From assembly GCA_044376115.1 (NCBI GenBank), contig JBILLK010000005.1, forward strand, positions 352,001 to 416,000: a DNA stretch of 64,000 nt. Reading direction: 5' to 3'. How positions within the stretch are numbered: the first letter of the stretch is position 1; every line of letters begins with the position of its first letter. Below, piece after piece: positions 28,175 to 37,382 of the stretch. A program made the translations under genes and the position numbers. The notes beneath the pieces were generated by a model, which was not told the origin of the DNA, did not search any database, and saw nothing but the letters and a program-made list of their open reading frames with translations. Source of the DNA: Polyangiaceae bacterium (lineage in GTDB: Bacteria; Myxococcota_A; Polyangia; Polyangiales; Polyangiaceae).

Positions 28175-29797
28175 TCAAAAACCGTAAGAAGATGAGTTGA
28201 ACCACCACTCGGCGCCAAGCCCGATGAAGTGCTCGAGTTCCCGCTCTCGGTAGGGGTGGTCTTCCGGGTAGAGCAAGCGGGCCACGGAGCTACGAACCCC
28301 CAAATTGTAGATGGCGCGGATGTGCGGCCTACTGAAGTTGCCGCGTCCCGCAGGGGAGATGAACGGCATCAAGCCAACGCGAAACATGCTGGCGAGCGCA
28401 GGGCCCTCAGGGGCTTTCTCGGTGTCGTCGGGGTCCTGGTAAATGACTCCTCGTTGCGCAACTTCGAAGGTCCCTTCCAGGGAGACCCCGGCAATCTCGC
28501 CGAAGAAGAAGGTCGGCCGCAGGACCACGGCGCCTTCATCGACGTCATCATAGTTGAGCGTAGGCGTGGCATCGCGGAATGACCGGAAGTACGCTCCTGC
28601 CAACACGCCGAAGAAGTCGACCTCGGCGTTGCCTCCGATGGCCGCTACGATTTCACGGGCGCCGTCCGTTGTCTTCTCCGCCGTCAGTTGCCCTGGATTG
28701 GCGAATTGGCCGTACGCTGCGAGGTCACTCGAGTAGCGGAAGAAGAGGCTTACGTGGGTATCTCGTTTTCCGGTATATGCGGTAAACTGACCGCCTAGAA
28801 CGAAGCCCCCGTCGCTCGGTAGTTGTTCTACGAGGCCGCCAGGCTCCTCTTCTCGCTCGCCCTCCGGCAGTGCGTGCCCTTCACCGTAGAGCGCAGCTTT
28901 GATACCCGCCCTCGTGTCTTTGGCGCCCGGAGCGAGCTCACCAAACTTATAGCCGTAGCCGATTTTGGCGGCACCGATCAGCTTCTGCCTATTGAGCAGC
29001 GCGACGGGTGTGGCACCGAATTGGTCCAGGGGGGCGGGCCGAAGCACCGTCTGTTTGAAGAACGGTACATCGGGTTGTGTGGCTCCCACCGTGAGCTGCC
29101 CAAAGAATCCGGCCTTATGTCGATAGGCGGCTCCACCACCCAGCAGGTTCAGGTTGTCGAGCGGCCAGTAGTCGAGCGCGTAGATATCGTCACCGCGGAC
29201 CATACGCGAACCGACGAAGGTGCTTAGTCCCTCGACCCCAACGTTGCGCGCCTCGATGTACAGGTTGCGAATGGCCGCGTTGAGTTCGAAGTCCCCGGAG
29301 TAGTGAAAGACTGGGCTGGCAATCGCCAGCGTGATCACGATCGAGGTGTCAATGCCGGTGCCCTCCCAATGGTCCTCGCGTCGCAGCTCGGCCTCGGCGT
29401 AGTTGCCCTCGTCCATACGAGTGCCGCGCGCCACGATATCGGCGTCTGCTCCCGGGCCCCCCTGACCGTCGGTGGCAGCGATCATGCGGCCGTAGGAGCC
29501 AAATTCAAACGACCCTTTGTGCGGTTGTTCGACCGGGACTGGTGGCAACGTTGGTTTCTCGGCAGGTTTGGCCGGTAGCGCTACTGGTTCGGCTGCGCTG
29601 GGGGCGACCGTCTCCGTTGGCTTTACTTCCGGCTCCGCGGGCTTGTCCGTGGGCGGATTGGCCGGCTCGGTGGGTGGCGTCGGTTCTTGCGGCTCGCTCT
29701 GCGCAGCCGGTTTTTCTGCCGGTACGTCCGCATAGGCGGTGGCGTTCCACGTGAGGATCGCCAGTGATAAGCCCCCTAAGACCCGGCCGGAAATCAT
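28175..29797 (-). CDS. LamB/maltoporin-like carbohydrate porin
   Basis: Signal peptide; FGSYGR, NYAE, RNLYIEA, RPHIRAIY and C-terminal GAEWWF; directly upstream of the amylase. Confidence 0.75.
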   Translation of the reverse strand: MISGRVLGGLSLAILTWNATAYADVPAEKPAAQSEPQEPTPPTEPANPPTDKPAEPEVKPTETVAPSAAEPVALPAKPAEKPTLPPVPVEQPHKGSFEFGSYGRMIAATDGQGGPGADADIVARGTRMDEGNYAEAELRREDHWEGTGIDTSIVITLAIASPVFHYSGDFELNAAIRNLYIEARNVGVEGLSTFVGSRMVRGDDIYALDYWPLDNLNLLGGGAAYRHKAGFFGQLTVGATQPDVPFFKQTVLRPAPLDQFGATPVALLNRQKLIGAAKIGYGYKFGELAPGAKDTRAGIKAALYGEGHALPEGEREEEPGGLVEQLPSDGGFVLGGQFTAYTGKRDTHVSLFFRYSSDLAAYGQFANPGQLTAEKTTDGAREIVAAIGGNAEVDFFGVLAGAYFRSFRDATPTLNYDDVDEGAVVLRPTFFFGEIAGVSLEGTFEVAQRGVIYQDPDDTEKAPEGPALASMFRVGLMPFISPAGRGNFSRPHIRAIYNLGVRSSVARLLYPEDHPYRERELEHFIGLGAEWWFNSSSYGF

Positions 29798-29924
29798 GCG
29801 CCGACGCTACCATGTTCGACGTTTGGAACGAGCAAGGACTCGCGCCAGGAGTCGAAGGTTTCAAGGAGGCGGTGGAATGACTGCAATGGGGCCTTCGGCC
29901 ACCCACGCACTCAGGTTCGCGCCT

Positions 29925-31295
29925 CTAAGGTGACTTGTCGTGCCTTAGGGTCTTCCTGAGGGCTTGCCGTTTTGCGCGGGCTGGGCTCATCTCTGTCCAG
30001 TTGCGTACCACTCGGTCGAGGTGATCGAGGTCTCGCACCGCGAGCGCTGCATCGAACAGCAGCATGTCGGCCCAACTCACGCCAGCTTTCACGGCCTGTT
30101 CAAGCTCCGCGAGTTGAACTGGCTTGGCGCGTTCGAGCAAAGCGATGGCGGTGTTCAGCAGCGGCCAAATGAAGGGAGCTGAGTCGGCGCTGCTCTCATG
30201 TTCCTGTTGTAACTTCTTGAGCGCCGCGAGGTCAGCCGATTCGTAGGCGGAAATGGCTTCGACACGTTGTTGCTCTTCACGATCCTGGATTTGATTCGCA
30301 GCGACTCGAGCGCCCTCGAGGTCTCCGCGCAAAAGGCGAACTCGGATCAGCTGGGTGTGCGCCGAGGCCAGCTCGCTTCGTAGACTGCAGGCCTTCTCGA
30401 GGGCGATCTGCGCCGTACTGAGGTCCTGTGCCGCAGCAGCAAGCTCGCCGCAAAAGGCCGCCGCGATCGCACAGTCGACGTCGCCCAACATCACGTCCAC
30501 CGGGATTTGGGTCTGCTCCGAGATCGAAAGCGTATAAGCGATGGCCCGCAGCGCTCGCGGCAGGTCTGAGATCGTATCCGCGCTCAACTGCAACGGCTCG
30601 ATGCTGCGTGAGGCGAGCCTCTTTCGAGCGCTCTCGAGTACGCCGGCCGAAGGGCCCGACATTTTTGCGAGCTCCTCTGCGCACTCCTCCAGCCGCCCAT
30701 GGAAGAGCAAGCTGCGCGCGCGCCGCAAGGTTGGCAAAGGTGAACCCGGCCAAGCCTTACTACAGCGCAGGAATCTGGCCTCCGCTTCGGCTGAACAGAG
30801 GAGGTCGAGCGCTGCGCCTGCGGCATAGTCGTGCAGCGGATCCTCTGCGACGTCGAGCTTGCGGTGCTGATCCAACAAGTTCCCCGCGTAGCGGTCATTG
30901 CCTACCGCAACGGCGTGCGAGAGCGTCGCAAACGCCAATAGCGGACCCCGTGCGCCCAGCTTCCAGGTCTTGTAGATGAAGGCCGTCGCGCGGTTGGCGT
31001 CTGGGGTTACCTCCATCAAGAACAGCCCCTCCGCTCGTACCCAAGCGCTCAGTGCGTCCTTGCTGGTCGGTGCCAGGGAGAGCGCGCGAGCAGCGCTCTC
31101 CACCGCTGCGTGGAAGCGGCCCGCTAGCAAGTGCTCACCTGACTCCTTTGCAGCGGCCGCCGCGGAGGCCTCCGAAAGTTCCAGCTGACGCTTGTTGTAA
31201 GCCGTCAGACCAGCACCGGCGGCACCGAAAGCAGCCGCAGCGCCAAGACCAATCAGAAGTCTGCGACGGTTGAGCGTGTGATTAGCTAGCACCAT
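29925..31295 (-). CDS. Helical (TPR-like) hypothetical protein with RR-containing N-terminal signal/anchor
   Basis: NRRRLLIGLGAAAAFGAAG followed by Ala/Leu-rich helical repeats. Confidence 0.65.
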   Translation of the reverse strand: MVLANHTLNRRRLLIGLGAAAAFGAAGAGLTAYNKRQLELSEASAAAAAKESGEHLLAGRFHAAVESAARALSLAPTSKDALSAWVRAEGLFLMEVTPDANRATAFIYKTWKLGARGPLLAFATLSHAVAVGNDRYAGNLLDQHRKLDVAEDPLHDYAAGAALDLLCSAEAEARFLRCSKAWPGSPLPTLRRARSLLFHGRLEECAEELAKMSGPSAGVLESARKRLASRSIEPLQLSADTISDLPRALRAIAYTLSISEQTQIPVDVMLGDVDCAIAAAFCGELAAAAQDLSTAQIALEKACSLRSELASAHTQLIRVRLLRGDLEGARVAANQIQDREEQQRVEAISAYESADLAALKKLQQEHESSADSAPFIWPLLNTAIALLERAKPVQLAELEQAVKAGVSWADMLLFDAALAVRDLDHLDRVVRNWTEMSPARAKRQALRKTLRHDKSP

Positions 31296-31382
31296 GTGAG
31301 AGCCGACCGCTGACGGGTACCACGGGCTGGTAGCGGTGAGCAGATCCTTGTCAGCTTGGCCGCTGTTCTGCGAAAGTGAGGA

Positions 31383-32984
31383 ATGCTCTTTTCACGCATC
31401 ATCAATCCGCGCGTTTTCTTGGGTGCCTTCTTCTGTCTTGGTCTGCCACTCGTGGGTTGTGGCGATGATGCGGGGACAGGCGCTGCTGGAGCTGGTGGGT
31501 CCCCCACTGGTGGCCAAGGCGGCGAGGGCGCTGGGACGAATAACGGAATCTGCATCAAGCACAACTGCTCGACGGATGATGACTGCCAGGGTTGCGACGG
31601 TGGCTACAACTTCTGCCAGGTAGAAGCTGGGGCTGACGCCGGCCGATGCGTTGCCTGCGGAGCGGATACCGGCTCTGGCTGTCCCGAGGGACAGGTCTGC
31701 TCGAGCTTTGGTGATTGCGTTCCGGAAGGCGCTGAATGCCCGACGGAGGCTGGCGTACCCCTCATTGCTTGCGAGTCGAGCGCTGACTGTGTGGCTTGTG
31801 ATCCGGCGCATCAGGTTTGTGATACGGCGACCAATAAGTGTGTCGCTTGTACGGAGAACGACACCTCGGAGTGTCAGTCGACGGACATCTGCAAACAGGG
31901 CGAGTGCGCGCCAGCTTGCAGCAATGACTGCACTGTCGACAACGATTGCAGCAAGTGTGGCGGTGCCAAAGCCTGCAACAACCATAAGTGCTCCGAGTGC
32001 AGCGAGACGTACGCTTGTGCCGCTGGGTACTTCTGTGACCTCTCCACCGGCACTTGTGAAAAGGAGTGCGGGCAGCAGGGGGCCCCGGGCGTTTGCGTCA
32101 ACGACGAGGATTGCAACGGCTGTGGTAGTGGGCAGGTTTGCCACAAGGCGATCAACGCTGACCCGACCGACACTGGAACCTGCGGTCCGGACGCCACCGG
32201 CTGCTCGGATCTAGGGAATGGGACGTTGACGCTTCCGCCTCCCTACAACCAAGTCACCAACACCTGCTCCAACGACGGGGACTGCGCCGGCGTGGGTATT
32301 CAATACAACGTTGGTGAGGCCCTTCGCGATTTGCTCGGCGAGGACGAGATCTTTGGTCAACCGATCGAAGACGCCAACATCGAATACCCGATGGACGTTT
32401 GTGCCAACGTTACGTTGGCGGATACCTCCTGCGGCGTGTGTGTACCGTGCCGGCTCGACGACGACTGCGGCGATATTGACCTCGATGCGTTGAGTGGGGA
32501 CCTCTTCCCCGGGGTTGGCGGCGCGCTGCTCAACTTCGTATTCGACCAGGTGTTTGGTCCGAACGACCACAAGCTCTACATGTATTGCGAGACGGTGGCC
32601 GCAGGGTACGGCGTGTGTGTGCCCTGCCCCGGTCTGCTCAACGATTGTGCTGAGTCCGGTGGTGGTGGCAGCACTGGCACCTGCGATCACCCGACGACGG
32701 AGGCGGGTGGGCCCTTGGGTACGGATTGTGATCCCTGCGCGGCTACGGTTTGTGCGAACGACTCCTTCTGCTGCACCACTGCATGGGACGACCTCTGCGT
32801 TGAAGCCGCGGCCACCGAATGCAGCGCGGCGGATTGTCATAGCGAGTGTGAGACCGGCGCGGCCATGGGTGCCGAGTGCGGCCAGTGTGCTGCGGACGTC
32901 TGTGCCGCTGATTCGTACTGCTGCGATACCTCGTGGGACAGCCTATGCGTGGACAAGGCTGCGGACCTCTGCGGTTGCTCCTGA
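31383..32984 (+). CDS. Cysteine-rich lipoprotein with two C-terminal 'VC..D..CC...WD..CV..A' repeats
   Basis: Lipobox PLVGC; Gly linker; many CxxDxDC repeats; tandem repeats starting at 32682 and 32835. Confidence 0.82.
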   Translation: MLFSRIINPRVFLGAFFCLGLPLVGCGDDAGTGAAGAGGSPTGGQGGEGAGTNNGICIKHNCSTDDDCQGCDGGYNFCQVEAGADAGRCVACGADTGSGCPEGQVCSSFGDCVPEGAECPTEAGVPLIACESSADCVACDPAHQVCDTATNKCVACTENDTSECQSTDICKQGECAPACSNDCTVDNDCSKCGGAKACNNHKCSECSETYACAAGYFCDLSTGTCEKECGQQGAPGVCVNDEDCNGCGSGQVCHKAINADPTDTGTCGPDATGCSDLGNGTLTLPPPYNQVTNTCSNDGDCAGVGIQYNVGEALRDLLGEDEIFGQPIEDANIEYPMDVCANVTLADTSCGVCVPCRLDDDCGDIDLDALSGDLFPGVGGALLNFVFDQVFGPNDHKLYMYCETVAAGYGVCVPCPGLLNDCAESGGGGSTGTCDHPTTEAGGPLGTDCDPCAATVCANDSFCCTTAWDDLCVEAAATECSAADCHSECETGAAMGAECGQCAADVCAADSYCCDTSWDSLCVDKAADLCGCS

Positions 32985-33017
32985 CCCAACGTTCCTCGTC
33001 ATAAGCCACAACCGAAT

Positions 33018-33043
33018 GAAACCCACGGCTCCGGCCTGCGTAA
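33018..33043 (+). promoter_or_regulatory. ECF sigma-type promoter candidate (possible autoregulation)
   Basis: GAAACC-N15-CGTAA (AAC-N16-CGT spacing) directly upstream of the ECF sigma gene. Confidence 0.5.
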
Positions 33044-33053
33044 TGCGCAGGAG

Positions 33054-33707
33054 GTGTTTACACACGGAGCCGTGGCGTTCTTGCCATTTCAATGGGTCAC
33101 CCCACAAAAGAGCGCTGGCTTGACTGATCCCGGGCTCGATGCGGCCGATCTTGCGATGCATCGCTACGCAGATGGGGAGGACGCTGCCTTCGCGGTGATT
33201 TATCGATGCGTCGCCGAGCGGCTGCACGCCTACCTCTTGCGCATGAGTCGCTCACGGCAGCTCGCGGACGACCTGCTACAAGAGACCTTCCTTCGAATGC
33301 ACCGCGCCCGCGGTTCGTTTGAGCCTGGCGCACGGCTGCTCCCTTGGTCCTACGCGATTGCTCGGAACGTGTGCATCGACCACGCGCGCCACAAAGCCGT
33401 CCGCAAAGATACGGTGGCGGAAGGGGAGGAGGTGCTGGTTGCGACGCCTGCAAGCTCCGATACGAATGCCGAGCTGCTGGCGATCGGCAAGCAGGTCGCG
33501 CAGACGGTGGAGGTAGCACTTTCGAAGTTACCGCCCAATCAACGCGAGGCGTTCATCCTCCTGCGTTACGAGGGAATGTCGGTGCAGGATGCTGCTTCGG
33601 TGTTGGGGGTTAGTGAAGGCGCAGTGAAGTTGAGAGCCTTCCACGCCTATGAAGCGTTGCGTGCTGCGCTCGGCGATGCAGCACCAAAAAAACGAGGGGC
33701 AACGTGA
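33054..33707 (+). CDS. ECF RNA polymerase sigma factor (exact start uncertain: 33054, 33072 or 33121)
   Basis: Region 2 ADDLLQETFL...WSYAIARN; region 4 LPPNQREAFILL...MS...A..LGVSEGAVK. Confidence 0.93.
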   Translation: MFTHGAVAFLPFQWVTPQKSAGLTDPGLDAADLAMHRYADGEDAAFAVIYRCVAERLHAYLLRMSRSRQLADDLLQETFLRMHRARGSFEPGARLLPWSYAIARNVCIDHARHKAVRKDTVAEGEEVLVATPASSDTNAELLAIGKQVAQTVEVALSKLPPNQREAFILLRYEGMSVQDAASVLGVSEGAVKLRAFHAYEALRAALGDAAPKKRGAT

Positions 33708-34369
33708 GAGATTTCGATCTAGCGGAGCTTGGTCAGATTCCCGACCCGCTTGCGGGGGAGGTACAGCCGGTTGCGCAGGCTCCCACCATGCCCAAGGAGG
33801 TGTCTGCCACGCGGGCTACCGTGCGTCGGCGCAGGCTGCTGGCGATGGCTTTTTCGGTCGTGTGGATGGGGGGACTCCTGGCAATGATGGGGGTTGCCAG
33901 TGAGAACCTCACGGTGTGGGGCCGGCTACTCGCCTGTTTGCTGCCAGCTGCACTCGGTGTTTTTGCGCTCGGTCTTGCGCTTTCGCCTGGCAAGTCTGGC
34001 TTGGGTCCTTCAGTCAAGCGTGCCCTGGTTACGCTGCTGGCAGTGCCGGCGCTGTTTGTTGGCGTCTCGCTGTTGTCGGGCGTGACCGGCGCGTTGGGCA
34101 AAGATTCTTTCATCTGCGGCGAGCTGATTCTGGTGCTTGGGGTAGTGCCGTTGCTTGCGCTCGGGTTGGCGTTGCGACATTCGAGCCCGAGTCGAAGCCT
34201 GGTGCGCAGCGCCCTTTTGGGCAGCGCAGTGGGGCTGCTCGCCGCTACGGTTCAGGCCGTGCATTGTCCCAAGACAGAGATCCTCCACAGCCTGATGGGG
34301 CACGGGGTTCCAGTGATCGTCCTCGGGGCTCTTGGTGCAACCGTGGTGCACAAACTCACGTCTGTTTGA
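33704..34369 (+). CDS. NrsF-like (DUF1109) multi-TM anti-sigma factor
   Basis: 4-bp overlap with the sigma gene; about 6 TM helices; conserved Cys in ICG and HCP...H....H. Confidence 0.7.
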   Translation: MRDFDLAELGQIPDPLAGEVQPVAQAPTMPKEVSATRATVRRRRLLAMAFSVVWMGGLLAMMGVASENLTVWGRLLACLLPAALGVFALGLALSPGKSGLGPSVKRALVTLLAVPALFVGVSLLSGVTGALGKDSFICGELILVLGVVPLLALGLALRHSSPSRSLVRSALLGSAVGLLAATVQAVHCPKTEILHSLMGHGVPVIVLGALGATVVHKLTSV

Positions 34370-34399
34370 GGGCTGGTTCTGGTCTGTTAGAAATGACGC

Positions 34400-37336
34400 G
34401 TGGATGATTCATTCCAGCTCGTCGGCACCGCCATTGAAGATCGCTATCGCGTCGACGCGGTAATCGGGGAGGGCGGTTTCGGGGTGGTTTACCGCGGGTA
34501 CCACCTGCGGTTGGAGCATCCCATTGCGATCAAGTGTCTCAAGATTCCCGGCCACTTCACCTCGGAAGCACGGGAGCTCTTTCTCTCGCGCTTCCGCGAG
34601 GAAGGTCGCATCCTGATCAAGCTCGCCGACGCTTCTGGCGTTCCCCGCATCTACGACTACGGCATTGCTGAGGCTCGCGGACAAAAAGTGCCCTTCTTGG
34701 TGCTTGAGTGGCTCGACGGCCAGACGCTCGAGGACTCGATGCGCGCGCGGCGGAGTTCGGGTCTCGGCGGGCTTAGCCCCACCGAGGCGCTCTTTCTATT
34801 CCTGCCGGCCGTGGACGCGATCGCCGTGGCTCATGAGCACCACATCGCGCATCGAGACATCAAGCCGCCGAATATGTTCTTGGTGCGCGGTAGCAAAGGG
34901 CCAACCATGAAGGTGCTCGACTTCGGCATCGCGAAGGCCATGCAGGAGGGTGAGGCCTTGGCGCAAGCCAAGACGCAGACGGCCACGAGCTTTCGGGCGT
35001 TTACGCCGAACTATGCAGCCCCCGAGCAGTTTGCGCCGAAGCGCTACGGGGCGAGCGGCCCTTGGACCGACGTACACGCGTTGGGCTTGTTGCTGTTTGA
35101 AATGCTCACGGCGGTGCAAGCCAACAAAGGGGAGGATCTCGTCGAATGCCTCGAGTTCGCTACGTCCGAGTCACGGCCTTCGGCAAAGGCTGCGGGCGCC
35201 GCCATCTCCGATGCGCTCGAGGCCGTGCTCGCGCGAGCGATAGCGCGCAATCCGGAGCAGCGCTTTTCTGATGCGGGCGCGTTCGCAGCGGCGCTCCGAG
35301 CGCTCCCCGAGGCCTCCGCGTTGCCTACCCAACCGCTAGCGGTAACGCGCCTCGAGTCGCAGCCGGCCACCGAGCGAGGCGAGCCACTGCCGGCTCAGCT
35401 TTCACAGGTCTCGGGTCGAACGACGCCGCTCGTAGCTCCAACCCCGAGCGCGGTGGCGCCTCCCAATCCAGCCGCTGCGACGCTGATCGCCGGTGCTCAG
35501 CCTGCCCCTGCAGGGATGTTGTCGCAGCAAGCTGAGCGAACCGAGTTGCCGTTTGGTGGTGTGGGCGCTCCGGGGGCAAACGCCGTTACGAACCTTGAAG
35601 CACCGGTGCTCGCAAGGCCGGTGCAACCGGTGAAGCCGCGTTCCTCCGGAGGTAAGGGCGTCGCTATCGGAGCGGGCCTTTTGGTGATGGTGGGTATCGG
35701 AGCTGTCGCCTTTCTATCGCTTCGCCCGAGTCAGAGCAGCCGTCACCAATCCCTGGACGCCGAGGTCTCGGGCGTCGTCTCCGCTGACTATTCGCTGAAT
35801 AGCGAGGTCAGCTATGCATTTGAGGTTTTGCCCGGTCGGGATCTCTACGTGCCAGTGCCCATCTCGGAGACGGAGGTCAAAGGCAAGACCCACTACCGAC
35901 TCACGCGGATCGAGGACCAGATTGTTCAAGTGGACAAGGTTGGCCCCGCGGGGAACGTGCTCGAGAGCTCGGCGATCAAACGCCAGGCGGATGGTGGCTG
36001 GACTAGAACCAAAACCAACGGGCGTCAGGTGATCATCGAGACCGTCAAGCAAACGGCTGCAGGCATCGAGACCCACGAAAATCGCTACGGATACCCCTTT
36101 GAACAAGGCTGCGCTCGCTGGCAGTTGACGTTCACCAAAGCGGGCGACATCGAAAAGCGGATCTGTCAGGACCAAGGGGGACACGTCATCATCGACAGTA
36201 GCGGCTGCCAGGTGCTCGCCTTCACTAGCAATGAGCAACACCAACTCGTCGATGCGAAGTGTCAACAGGAAGACGGCACCCCCGTGATGGACGCCTCGGG
36301 CGTGTACACTCGCAAGTTCGCCTTCGACGACAAAGGAAGATTGAGCGAGATTGCCTATTACTCAATAGGTGGTAGCGCCGTAACCAACGTCAACGGCTGT
36401 GCTCGCAATCGGTTTACCTACGACAATGCCTCCAACATCCTCGAACAGCAATGCATCGGTCCTACTGGCATGATAACGACCTTCGCCAACTCGGCCGTCG
36501 CAGCGACGCGTCGCAGCTATGACGCGAATGGCTGTGTTCTCGAGGAGATGAACGTTGATAGCTCGGGCCGTCCGATTCAGTATGGGGACGCCGCCGGGCG
36601 CCGCTTCGGGCGGAACCAGTATTGCGAGGAAATTTCCTCCGCCGTAGTCGACGTGCAAGGTCGGCTGGCCGGGGCAGCGGATAGTGTGGTGTCCATCGAG
36701 CAAGAGTTCGACGGAGAAGGCAACGCGATCACCCAGCGCTGTTTCAACAAGCAGAAGAAGCCGTTCAATTGTGCTGGCTTGGCCGCATCGAAGGAGGACG
36801 GCTCGCTGCTTCGCTTTACCTTCGACGATAAGGGCCGCAACCTGGTCGAGAAGGCCTTCAATGCTGCAGGCCAGCCCACGATCGCTCAGCTCAACTATCA
36901 GCACGAAGCGCGCAAGACCTACAACGAGTATGGGCAGGTCGTGGAGGTGCGCCACTTCGACGTAGAGGGTAAGCCAGCTCCGGTCCTCGGCAATGTAGCG
37001 GTAAGGCGCATTCGCTACGATGCACTTGGTTCAGAGGTGTCCAACGCGAGCTTTGGCGTCAACGACGAGCCGGTCGCCGACCGCACGTTGGTGCACGAGA
37101 TTCGCCGCAGCTACGATGAACTTCATCGGCTATCGACAGTCGAGTTGCGCGACGAAAGGGGCGAGTTGGTCAAGAAGAACTCGCTGCTGCTCGGCCGTAT
37201 GACTTGGCCGACTCGGGCCGCCCAATTGGTGGTTGAACGGCAGGGCAGCCAGGTTTGGAACCGCTTCCTCGATGCCACGGGCAAAGAGATTTCAGCGCTG
37301 GATTGCTCGAAGCCAACGACGATCTGCGAGCAGTGA
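34400..37336 (+). CDS. Ser/Thr kinase with one TM helix and an extracytoplasmic YD/RHS-like repeat domain
   Basis: GEGGFGVV, AIK, HRDIKPPN, DFG, APE; TM at about 35657-35722; repeats such as FTYDNASN, SYDANG, FDDKGR, RYDALG. Confidence 0.9.
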   Translation: MDDSFQLVGTAIEDRYRVDAVIGEGGFGVVYRGYHLRLEHPIAIKCLKIPGHFTSEARELFLSRFREEGRILIKLADASGVPRIYDYGIAEARGQKVPFLVLEWLDGQTLEDSMRARRSSGLGGLSPTEALFLFLPAVDAIAVAHEHHIAHRDIKPPNMFLVRGSKGPTMKVLDFGIAKAMQEGEALAQAKTQTATSFRAFTPNYAAPEQFAPKRYGASGPWTDVHALGLLLFEMLTAVQANKGEDLVECLEFATSESRPSAKAAGAAISDALEAVLARAIARNPEQRFSDAGAFAAALRALPEASALPTQPLAVTRLESQPATERGEPLPAQLSQVSGRTTPLVAPTPSAVAPPNPAAATLIAGAQPAPAGMLSQQAERTELPFGGVGAPGANAVTNLEAPVLARPVQPVKPRSSGGKGVAIGAGLLVMVGIGAVAFLSLRPSQSSRHQSLDAEVSGVVSADYSLNSEVSYAFEVLPGRDLYVPVPISETEVKGKTHYRLTRIEDQIVQVDKVGPAGNVLESSAIKRQADGGWTRTKTNGRQVIIETVKQTAAGIETHENRYGYPFEQGCARWQLTFTKAGDIEKRICQDQGGHVIIDSSGCQVLAFTSNEQHQLVDAKCQQEDGTPVMDASGVYTRKFAFDDKGRLSEIAYYSIGGSAVTNVNGCARNRFTYDNASNILEQQCIGPTGMITTFANSAVAATRRSYDANGCVLEEMNVDSSGRPIQYGDAAGRRFGRNQYCEEISSAVVDVQGRLAGAADSVVSIEQEFDGEGNAITQRCFNKQKKPFNCAGLAASKEDGSLLRFTFDDKGRNLVEKAFNAAGQPTIAQLNYQHEARKTYNEYGQVVEVRHFDVEGKPAPVLGNVAVRRIRYDALGSEVSNASFGVNDEPVADRTLVHEIRRSYDELHRLSTVELRDERGELVKKNSLLLGRMTWPTRAAQLVVERQGSQVWNRFLDATGKEISALDCSKPTTICEQ

Positions 37337-37382
37337 GCGTTCCGCGCTGTTCGCCCAGAAACAGCTGAGCTAGCGAAGACCG

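Noticed and set aside
35800..37336. RHS polymorphic toxin
   Set aside because: No RHS core or DPxG cleavage motif, no C-terminal toxin or immunity gene; the repeats follow a kinase and a TM helix.
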